DNA of 62,382 nucleotides, filler included. It is 13 parts of 13 records of this genome, joined end to end, with 100 filler letters (N's around TTAATTAATTAA, not from the genome) between each part and the next. Parts side by side here need not be neighbours in the genome. Positions count along the whole stretch, not along the records: positions 32,887 to 38,706 come from SRR7504441_18433; positions 38,807 to 45,278 come from SRR7504441_18443; 11 more parts are not named here. One strand, written 5' to 3'. The translations under genes were made by a program, and so were the position numbers. Of the stretch, positions 33,347-42,100 are shown one piece after another (position 1 is the first letter of the stretch; each line of letters starts with the position of its first letter). The notes beneath the pieces were generated by a model. That model saw only the letters and a program-made list of their open reading frames with translations, searched no databases and was not told where the DNA came from.

Positions 33347-34195
33347 ATGATGTGGCCAGGCCGGGCGAGTGTGCAGCTAGCCGCCGTCGGGCGCACTCGG
33401 GGTTGGTCTCAGGCGCGCTTGTGCGGCTCGGGTGGGGCGAGCGTGCGGGCCCGGGAGACCGAGTTTTACAGTCAGATCGACGACTGGTGGAGCCCGACCG
33501 GGCCGCAGGCTCAGCTGCACAAGTTCAACCCTGTCCGGATCAAGTTCATCCAGCGCGCCCTCCGGCGGCAGCCCGGCGGGGTGCGCGAGGCGCAGGTGCT
33601 CGACGTCGGGTGCGGGGCCGGGCTGTTGAGCGAGGGGCTGGCCCGGATGGGGGTGAGCCGGGTGACCGGGGTGGATCCCACCGCCAAGTGCGTCGAGCTG
33701 GCCCAGGCGCACCTGGATCAGGCGGCGCCAGAGCTCCAGCGGCGGGTGGGTTACCGGCACGGCTCGGTTGAGCAGCTCGTGGCTGAGCTGAGCCCCGACT
33801 CCCGGCTGTTCGATCTGGTGTGCTGCTCGGAGGTGCTCGAGCACGTGGAGGACCACAGGGCCTTCCTGCACCAGTGCGCCCGGCTGGTCCGGCCGGGCGG
33901 GCTGCTGTTTGTCTCGTCGATTGCGCAGACTCCGGAGGCCTGGTTGATCAACGTGCTGATGGGCGAGTATGTGCTCGGGGTGGTGCCTCGGGGGACTCAT
34001 GAGTGGAAGTACCTGATCAAGCAGGATCGCGCGGAGCAGCACTTGGCCGAGCTCGGCTGCCGGACTATTGCGGCCAGTGGGGCGGCGGTAGTCAACCCGA
34101 TGAGCATGGAGATGGCTGAGATCCCGTACTTGCGCGGCAACTACTTGATGATGTCTAAAAAGCCTAACGATGACCAAGACGATGCTGGTAGATAG
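33347..34195 (+). CDS. COQ3: Ubiquinone biosynthesis O-methyltransferase (UbiG/COQ3), intronless
   Basis: WWSPTGP...LHKFNPVRIKFI, VLDVGCGAGLLSEGLARMG, CSEVLEHV, EYVLGVVPRGTHEW; presequence-like N-terminus. Confidence 0.95.
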   Translation: MMWPGRASVQLAAVGRTRGWSQARLCGSGGASVRARETEFYSQIDDWWSPTGPQAQLHKFNPVRIKFIQRALRRQPGGVREAQVLDVGCGAGLLSEGLARMGVSRVTGVDPTAKCVELAQAHLDQAAPELQRRVGYRHGSVEQLVAELSPDSRLFDLVCCSEVLEHVEDHRAFLHQCARLVRPGGLLFVSSIAQTPEAWLINVLMGEYVLGVVPRGTHEWKYLIKQDRAEQHLAELGCRTIAASGAAVVNPMSMEMAEIPYLRGNYLMMSKKPNDDQDDAGR

Positions 34196-34393
34196 ATCTA
34201 GATCTTGATTGATGCATTATTGAGATCTAGAGCACGGGCTTTATTGACAACTAGGATATGACCGAGGTTACTGCAATAAACCGAAGCTATAGTTACGAAT
34301 TTCAATCGGTGTATGAGTACAACAGCTTGAATAGCCGGATTATACGTACTTGAATAGCCAGATAGCCGATAGCTGAACGACACGGACACGCTT

Positions 34394-37300
34394 TTATTTC
34401 AAATTAGCTTCTAACGTCGTCAAATCGAATTTCCACTCGCCGCCTAGAAGTTGCAACTCCAACTCGGCAAGATTGGCGTCGAGCACGATCGACTCCACTC
34501 CAACGACCAATCCACTCAGCTTGCTCACATTCGCTCTCCACAGCTCACATTGGCAGCCCGATTCCCACAGCACCGCGTCATTTGATCTGAAGAGCGGCAG
34601 GTGGACAGTTGCAGCTGCACCGTAAGGCACTGTCACATTGGCATGAAAGCTGCTCTCAGTGGCGTGCCAGTCAAACAAGACAGCACCCCGCTTGACCGAA
34701 GCTGCCTTAAGCTTGCGAACTGCCACTGGCAATGCCCGGAGGACAGTTCGGTCGGCGGTGCTCCTCGGATCAATTCCAGCAAGCTGATACATGAACAGGC
34801 CGATCCCGGCTGCCAGTGCTGGGTGGTTCTTGCTCACACCAGTGCCATGCAAGTCTTGCCAGGACTCCCATATTGTGCCAGGAGTTTCATGGGTTGCAAA
34901 TGGCTTAGAGGCACCCTCCACCTAATGGCTGTGTCAACACAGCGTGCTTTTACTTAACGCACCATGTATCCCCATGATGGGCAGCTGGTCTGGGTGGCAA
35001 CTGCAAAGGCAACATCTTCATAGCTGCACAGTACTCCTTTAGGTGCAGCGGCTCGCCGACTCACCCATGAGATGTGAGGACCTCCAGCAGGAACCGAGAG
35101 CCAATGATCCCACAGTTCGTGTGATTACCAAGGGTTACAATACTCGACACTAGGCTACCGAGTACTGAATGCAGATGCGCCTCAGGGACCAGTTCCATAT
35201 ACAGTGCGAACACCTACAAGCTTTGCTTCAGAGCTCCAATAAATCACAGCAATGCATCCTACCTGCAGGCTCTGGATTGGGGTGCTTCCACCACACCTAG
35301 AGACGGACGGCTCGTGTGAGTCACACCTGTCCACGTAAACTCCAGCAACTGGATCAAAGAACTGGCGGTGATAAGCCACTTTCATCTCTTCGAGCTGTGC
35401 AGAGAAGCGCTTGGCGTCTGGCAGCCGCCCAATTGCTGTGGCCATCTCAGCCACACGCCAGACCGCAAGCATATGAGCAAACGCCGAAGCTGCTGCCTTT
35501 GGGCAATTGGTGTTGCATCGCCCACTGGCACTGAAGTCCCCACAGTATGGCAGCTGGTCGCAGCAGAGCCAATCACCAGTTGAAGCCATGAGGTAGAGCG
35601 ATTTTGAAATATTTGCCCACGGCTGGGCTGGCGCGTTCCTAGTCAAAAACTCAGTGTATTCCACTGCGGCCTGGTAGTGCTTGTGCACGATCTCGACTCT
35701 CCCAGTCCTGGTCCAGACCTCCCATGGAATCGTGACTACAGCAACAGCCCAGTTTGGGTCACCTGGGAAGCCACCTGGCCACCCTCCCCATGGCACCACC
35801 TGCCACGAAAATCTCAGTTTACATCAATAAGCTCGGCTACATCACTAATTGCTCCGCTCGCATTTAGAGTTGGCGCCCATATCTTGTTGCATGAGAACCA
35901 GGGTGGCCGTACGTGCTCCTCAGGACCTCCGGGGAGACCGTTCCGGATCAAATCGTCCACTAGGTCCTGAGACGCAACTCCAAACTTCCAGGCTGTTGGC
36001 TCTGGGTGCGTCGAGCCTGCGGTGCCGTAATGCATGCTTTGTCGGGGCCAGCTTGAGTGGAAGGTAGCAGTGCTGTTGGGGACGTCGCACCCAAGCCGCT
36101 GTATGTCGTGCATTGTGCGGAGCCAGTTCGAATAGAACAAGTCCATGTCAAAGTTGAGCGAGGCCTCGGCGCTCGAGACTGCAGAATACTAGTCAGCCAT
36201 TATACGGAAGATGCTTGGCAAGCGGCGCACCTTGGCTGTCAGCGGTCCAGCCATGCCTTTCACGCTGCGGGCAATCCTCCGGATGCGAGTGAAGATTGGA
36301 CTGCTGAGTATAAAGTACTGCGGACTGTATGCGATTGAGTGTGCGACCCTGTGGGCTGTCAGATGAGAAACTGACCCTGCCTCTTGGCTGCACCATCGTG
36401 TTCACACGCAGCACTCTAACAGTGTCAACAGTCGGAGTGGTCCCTTCTGGCAACCCCGAAATGGCAGCATACCGCACTCCGTACCACGAGAACGAGGGGC
36501 TAAAAACCTCTTCCTCTCCGGTCCCAGCAGCAATGAACAGAGACGTCTGGTTGGCTTGGTTGCCACCTTGGTCCTGGTCGAGTGACGCTGGTCCGAGTGG
36601 TGTCGGATCACATGGCCAGCCGCCTTCAAACATCGTCGATACTCCGGGCTGGGCTGTCGGGCACTGCTGAGCCATTACATCGCCGCAGGGCGATAGGAAC
36701 TCAGCATGCCGCAATAGCACCTTGGTCCCCCGTGGTAGCTTGACTCTCAGCTCCGTCATTCCTGCGAAATTCTCGCCAAAGTCATAAATCCATGAGGTCA
36801 CTGGCTGTTTAAAGGGGGACAAGCAGTCTTTCGGGAGCAGCGCGCATCTGAATTCGTCACCGAGTTTAAGTTTCGCCAAATCTACAGCTGGCAGGACCTC
36901 CACCGACGGCAGCTGCCTTCTTTCACCAACCGGTGGGCATGGCTCAGATACATTCCGAATCAGATGGATTGCGCTACCGGCTGCTGGCTGGAAGAACGTG
37001 CACCCAGGCGGGAGTTGCGTCCCGACGGGGCAATGCTTGTCTTGTTTGAATACCCAGGCCCGCACTTGCTCGTGAGTGGTCTGACCACAGCAACTGCACC
37101 CGGTACAGTTTGCAGATTGGCCACAGCTCAACTTGCAGGCCGGCTGGCTGTCTACGTTCAGTGACTTGTACAAGACGCACCGCGGGAGACCCTTGACTGC
37201 CTTCACCTGCCAAGTGACCTGTACGCAGGCCCCTGTGTGGTTGCATTGCAGCTTACACCCTTGCTCGCTTGCAGTGTCGACAGTTTGAATTGTCTCTCCG

Positions 37301-38508
37301 TAATAATAGCCTCCCGACACCAGGCGCATGGGCGAACTTCGGAGGCTTGCATCATATGTAACCACACGCTCGCTGTGTGGAATCAGCAGCTGCTTCCGAA
37401 TGGAGACCGCTCATCGGATCTCGGCCACCCCGATTGCAGGCATTGTCATGAGGGTGAGCATCCCTTGACCGGGACCTTCGTACGCTGTGGTTGTGTTGTA
37501 TGGCAATGCAGGGCTCCAGCGGTCGTCCAGCGCGATGGCAGGGTCCGAGTCCCAGCCAGATTGCTCTCGCCTCGCATCGTACACCTCTCCATGATAAAGG
37601 TGGGTATAAACGATCGGATTGGCGCTAGTGGTGACGTTCCAACCCGATCCAACCCCAGAGCTGATATTGATCCGTTGGCCGTTGGTATATATTATCGAGA
37701 GCTGCTGGAGATAGCCCCTGCAGCTGTCCCGGGCTGCGTGAGCATCGAGGCAGAACGCCTGATCGATGCTCCCGTAGTGGCAGAATCCGAGTCGGACGGC
37801 AATCACGTTGAGCCCGGGTGATCGGAGCAGGCTGGTCACATTGTACGCTCGGTACAGCAGCCTCATGTTAGGGACGGTGCTCCATCCAGGATCCATCATC
37901 TCGGCCCCGATTTGGCTGCCGAATCCAGTGACTGAGACTCCGTTCAGACTCGCCGCAAAGCAGCCCAGGCCCGAGGCGAACATAGTGGCCTGGGCCACTG
38001 GTTGGCTATCCAACTCGAACAGCCGGCGCAGCTGGGTCCCGCCCCCAATCCAAGCAGCGCCCGGCCACTTGACTGCTGGTGCGAGCCCGGTGTGGAACCG
38101 GCAGTGCGTGGAGCGATTGAGCACCCGGAGCTGGAGGAGATAGCCCGTATCGGGGGAGAGCAGCCCGGGCGGGAGGCTATGGACGCGGCCGCGGGAGGCG
38201 GAACTGCTGTAGAGCTCAGTGCTGGTGGAGGAATCCACCAGGCGGATGGCGACTGCGGATGGCACCTGGGGGCAATCCCGCATGCAGCGCCAGTGCCGAT
38301 GAGAGGAGTGCCAGCGCCACTCTGACTGGTGGGGGCATTTGAGTTGCCACGAGACCGTGATCGGGTCGGCCGACGGGTCAATGAAGAGCGCGGTATCGGG
38401 GTCAGTGGGATAGCAGGCCCTGCGGTCGATCATCAGCTCGGTGACCACAAGCATTCCCTGGCAGCAGCTTAGAAGCGGCAGCCACAGCAGCATCGAACAC
38501 CATGCCAT
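34394..38508 (-). CDS. Secreted GH78 alpha-L-rhamnosidase-like protein with Cys-rich insert
   Basis: Signal peptide; LYRAYNV, GEVYDARREQSGW, YDFGENFAG, FSWYGVRY, SNLHSHPEDCPQRERHGWTADSQ, PSWGYM, TIWESW, SKNHP. At least 5 GT-AG introns; in-frame TGA at 37411-37413 (see findings). Confidence 0.88.
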
Positions 38509-38974
38509 TAAAATATTGTGGAGATTTTCCCCGTTAGCCGAAGGTAGATCTACTTGTAGACTACTTGAATACCGGTACGAGCATGCGTCCGTACAGTACC
38601 TCGGAGTAGATCTACACTGTACGAGCACTGCCGTACAAGTAATATTTCTCTGCCTCTTTATCTTAATAAAATACATTGCATATAACACTCGAATCTAACA
38701 CTATACNNNNNNNNNNNNNNNNNNNNNNNNNNNNNNNNNNNNNNNNNNNNTTAATTAATTAANNNNNNNNNNNNNNNNNNNNNNNNNNNNNNNNNNNNNN
38801 NNNNNNCTCAGCTTTATTTAGATTAGACTTAATTAATATATTCTAGCCTCTACCGGTCGGTATACCGTACGCGTGTACCAGTATTCTAGCCGGGGCCCAC
38901 TTGTACAGCTGTGCTCAGGAAGGCACGCGTGAGAAATTAAACGTGAGCAACGACCACAAAAACTTATATTAGTA

Positions 38975-40597
38975 TCAACCCAGTGTATGTTTCAATTGGT
39001 TCACAACTGCTTCGAGTGCGTCTATCGCTACACATCCCAACATTACACGTCGATCTACCTCGCTGCCTTTAAACCACACTTGACACACCCACTCGGCGCG
39101 TCGCAAGTATAGTCCATCCTCCACGTGCACGAGGTTGTACGCCCACTGGTCTTCCACCCCTAGCTTCCGCTTCTTGGCACTACCTTCGCCACTCTCGGCT
39201 TGCTTCAAGGCACTAACAATCAGCATGCGGTCCAGCTTGAATGCAGCGCCGACCTCCTCGCCGCCGGCGTTCTCGGCTGCCCAGCTCAGGTCTTCCCGGA
39301 GCACTTGGTGCAGGGGCGGCACCAGCTGCCGAGGGATATGCTTCGACCTCGAGTGCACCAGCAGCCCGCACCCGGCCGAACCTCCCCCCAGCATCTCCAG
39401 CGCCTTCTGCAGGCCGTCAGTGCCGTCCCCACTCGAGCGCTGCTGCGAACAAGCACTGTGAAGGCTTTGTACCAGCTCGGCCGGCACGCTTGGCATCGGT
39501 AGCACACTCGCAAATCCGAGCATTTGCTCAGCTACCAAAGTCGAGCAAGAGACCACCGCTGTCCCCAGCTCTACCTGACCCACAAGCAGCGCTGCCAGTC
39601 GGGCCTCCCAGCCCTCCGGTGCCCTCAGCGCTGCATAGCTGCTCGCTCTGAGCATGCCACACACATCCTCCTGGAAATCCTTCTTCATGTCTACAAAATC
39701 AAAACTGGTCGGCACCACCGGCTCTGCCGCGGCTGCCGACTGCACAAACTGTGACGGGTCCGTGAAGCCGGCCTGCAGCCGTGCTTCCCGGGCCAACTCC
39801 AGAGAGAATCCACACGCCTCCCTCGATCGGCTCTCGATCGGGCTCACGCAACGGTGGGCGCAGCTGCACGCTTTGGCTTCCCAGAACTCGATTATCAGCA
39901 CCCGACGGCTCCCGCGGGTGATCGGAGCTACACTGTGGTACTTGTGGCTTACAAACACGATTGCGTCGCCTCGGCCAAACTGGTGGCTCACCAGTCGAGG
40001 CTCGGCCCCGACCCCCTCGAGCGTGCGGAAGGCGCCGCCCTCGAAATCGGCCTCGCTAGAGAGCATCATGTCAACAGTGAGCAGCGAGCCAGTGTCGTGA
40101 TGCTCCGGCTGGCTCAGACCGGCCGGGGCGGAGTAGTGGTGGTACTCGATGCAGCGGACGTTAACCTCTCGGCCGTACTGCTTGCCCGCGAGCAGCCCCC
40201 AGCCTTGCTCGAGATCCACCCTCCAGGCGAGCGCGGCTATCCGGTCGAGCAGACCTGGGAGGGTCCTCTGGAAGGCGCCATCGGTGTGCAGATAAGTGGT
40301 GCTCCAGTCGCTTGTGGGCACAAAAGCCCCGCGCTGATCGCGGCAGACGCACCCAGCGTCCGGTCTGATGTGAGTGTAGGCCTGCTCGACCTGCGGCCCC
40401 GCTGTGGTGGTCAGAGCCTCGCTGGGCACCTGTTCGATCTCCTTGGGCGAGAGGAATCCGCGCTGGAGCACCGGGGAGCTCTTCTGGGCTGCGACCGTGT
40501 ACGGCAGCGGCTGCTGGTCCACCATCACGCCGGCCGCGAACCCCGAGCGAGGCAGCATCTCGGCCAACGCCAGGCTCGGCGCGGCTGACGTCGCCAT
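38975..40597 (-). CDS. BCP1: 2OG-Fe(II) oxygenase fused to a BCP1/BCCIP domain
   Basis: N-half: RCIEYHHY, HHDTGS (HxD), FEGG, GDAIVF, KYHSVAPITRGSR. C-half: SFDFVD...LLVGQ..LGT...GFASVL...GLLVHSR..HIP.QLVPPLH.VL.EDL.WA...HVED (BCP1 pattern). One frame; probable in-frame intron 40391-40429. Confidence 0.8.
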   Translation of the reverse strand: MATSAAPSLALAEMLPRSGFAAGVMVDQQPLPYTVAAQKSSPVLQRGFLSPKEIEQVPSEALTTTAGPQVEQAYTHIRPDAGCVCRDQRGAFVPTSDWSTTYLHTDGAFQRTLPGLLDRIAALAWRVDLEQGWGLLAGKQYGREVNVRCIEYHHYSAPAGLSQPEHHDTGSLLTVDMMLSSEADFEGGAFRTLEGVGAEPRLVSHQFGRGDAIVFVSHKYHSVAPITRGSRRVLIIEFWEAKACSCAHRCVSPIESRSREACGFSLELAREARLQAGFTDPSQFVQSAAAAEPVVPTSFDFVDMKKDFQEDVCGMLRASSYAALRAPEGWEARLAALLVGQVELGTAVVSCSTLVAEQMLGFASVLPMPSVPAELVQSLHSACSQQRSSGDGTDGLQKALEMLGGGSAGCGLLVHSRSKHIPRQLVPPLHQVLREDLSWAAENAGGEEVGAAFKLDRMLIVSALKQAESGEGSAKKRKLGVEDQWAYNLVHVEDGLYLRRAEWVCQVWFKGSEVDRRVMLGCVAIDALEAVVNQLKHTLG

Positions 40598-40718
40598 CAC
40601 CGTCGGCTGTCCGGCCGGACGGAAGTCTCTGCAGAGCGGTGCGGTCGAGCACGGTCGAGCTGCGACGTCTGCGGTCACTGCAGCCACCGCCGTCGGAGAG
40701 TAGGCCCAGCTCCGCCCG

Positions 40719-42020
40719 ATGACCGCGTTGGTGCGCGAGCTGCTGCGGCCGCCGACTGCGGAGGAGACGGCTTCGTTCTTCGCTGAGCTGAGGCTTCCGG
40801 CAAAGCTGGAGGTGCGCCAGACTGCGCCCGACCCCGGCTCGGCAGACCACGGCAAAGGGCTGTTCGTCAAACCGGGGTGCAGCTTCGCGGCCGGTGAGCT
40901 GATCATGCGGGAGCCGGCCCGGATAGCGCTGCAGCACGAGCAGTCGCGGGCGGAGTCGCTCTGCTGCGCCCGGTGCTTCAAGTACTTGGAGTCGGTGCCG
41001 GCCCAGATCCTGCACCAGCTCGAGGGGGCCGGCTTCCGGGTGAGCAAGCTCGATCTGCACCAGGGTGTGCTCGATCGGTGCGACAGCCTCGCCCCCGCGG
41101 TGCAGTGCAGGAACCAGTGCGGCGCAGTGTACTGCAGCGCGTCGTGTGAGCAATCGAGCTGGGAGGGCTCGCACCAACTGTTGTGCAGTGTAGGCTGCTG
41201 CAAACCCGAGGCGATGGGCGAGTTTCAGGAGATGTGCGACCAAGTGAGCGATCACCTGTGGCTGGCTGCAGCGATTGTGGCCAACACCGTGCTGGCGAGC
41301 AGAGAGACGATGCGTGCCGACCGCAAGCTGAGCAAGGAGGCGGCGCTGGCCAAGGCGTGGACTCCATGGAGGCAAGGGGTCAAGACCGCGTGGTGGAACT
41401 CGGCCGGCAACGCCCAGGGGCTGTCGCAGGCTGATTTCGAGGAAAGTGTGCGGGGGGTGGCGACCGAGGCGCTGCAGCTGCTGCGAGCCGCGCTGCCGGG
41501 CGAGGCTTTACAGTTCCCTGCACTGTTTGAGCTTGAGTGCTTTGCTGCTATCCTGGGGATGCTTGATCTGAACTGCATGGGAGTCCGAGTGGGATGCCCG
41601 GTGAGTCAGTACTTGGATGGAGTGGACAAGCTTTCGGATGCGGATGAGGGTGCACTCGACGCCAAGCAGGACCTGGAGCAGCTCAGGCAGCTGCTGCCAG
41701 GGGTTGGAGATGTGTTCTGTGATGGCACCGGCTTCTTCTCGATTCAGTCCATCATCAACCACAGTTGCGAGCCAAACGCCTGGTCCGCCAAGTGCGAGCA
41801 GCAGTTGGACGGACAGATTGCGATTAGGGCAATAAGGGAGATCCAGCCCGGGGAGGAGCTGTTTATCTCGTACATCGAGTCTGATTTGCCCGTACAAGCG
41901 CGCCGAGAGCGTTTGCTACAAACGTACCAATTCGAATGCAACTGTGGCAAGTGTTCGGCCGAGTTGTCAGACGTATTAGAAGGACATGTTGCAACGAAGA
42001 GAAAACGGGACGTCGATTAA
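40719..42020 (+). CDS. SMYD5: SET-MYND lysine methyltransferase, SMYD5/ATXR2-like, intronless
   Basis: GKGLF, CARCFKYLE, C..C...YCS..C....W...H..LC, CDGTGFFSIQSIINHSCEPN, GEELFISYI, YQFECNCGKC. Confidence 0.85.
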   Translation: MTALVRELLRPPTAEETASFFAELRLPAKLEVRQTAPDPGSADHGKGLFVKPGCSFAAGELIMREPARIALQHEQSRAESLCCARCFKYLESVPAQILHQLEGAGFRVSKLDLHQGVLDRCDSLAPAVQCRNQCGAVYCSASCEQSSWEGSHQLLCSVGCCKPEAMGEFQEMCDQVSDHLWLAAAIVANTVLASRETMRADRKLSKEAALAKAWTPWRQGVKTAWWNSAGNAQGLSQADFEESVRGVATEALQLLRAALPGEALQFPALFELECFAAILGMLDLNCMGVRVGCPVSQYLDGVDKLSDADEGALDAKQDLEQLRQLLPGVGDVFCDGTGFFSIQSIINHSCEPNAWSAKCEQQLDGQIAIRAIREIQPGEELFISYIESDLPVQARRERLLQTYQFECNCGKCSAELSDVLEGHVATKRKRDVD

Positions 42021-42100
42021 AGCTTGTATTTAATTATAGTGTATACATACAATAGTTTACATCACTGTGCGCGTGCAAGTTACGTGCAAGTGAGAATTGT

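Noticed and set aside
37411-37413. Genome-wide UGA recoding or selenocysteine
   Set aside because: TGA is an ordinary stop in MAD2, PGAM5, the ankyrin and the TBC genes; this is a single case, with no SECIS seen and no Cys-homologous position.
37373-37414. Non-canonical AT-AG intron in GH78
   Set aside because: A canonical 39-nt GT-AG solution (37390-37428) or a simple in-frame stop explains it.
40598-41203. N-terminal ~200 aa of the 742-aa ORF 38975..41203
   Set aside because: Mostly the antisense shadow of the SET gene; the plausible start is ATG 40597.
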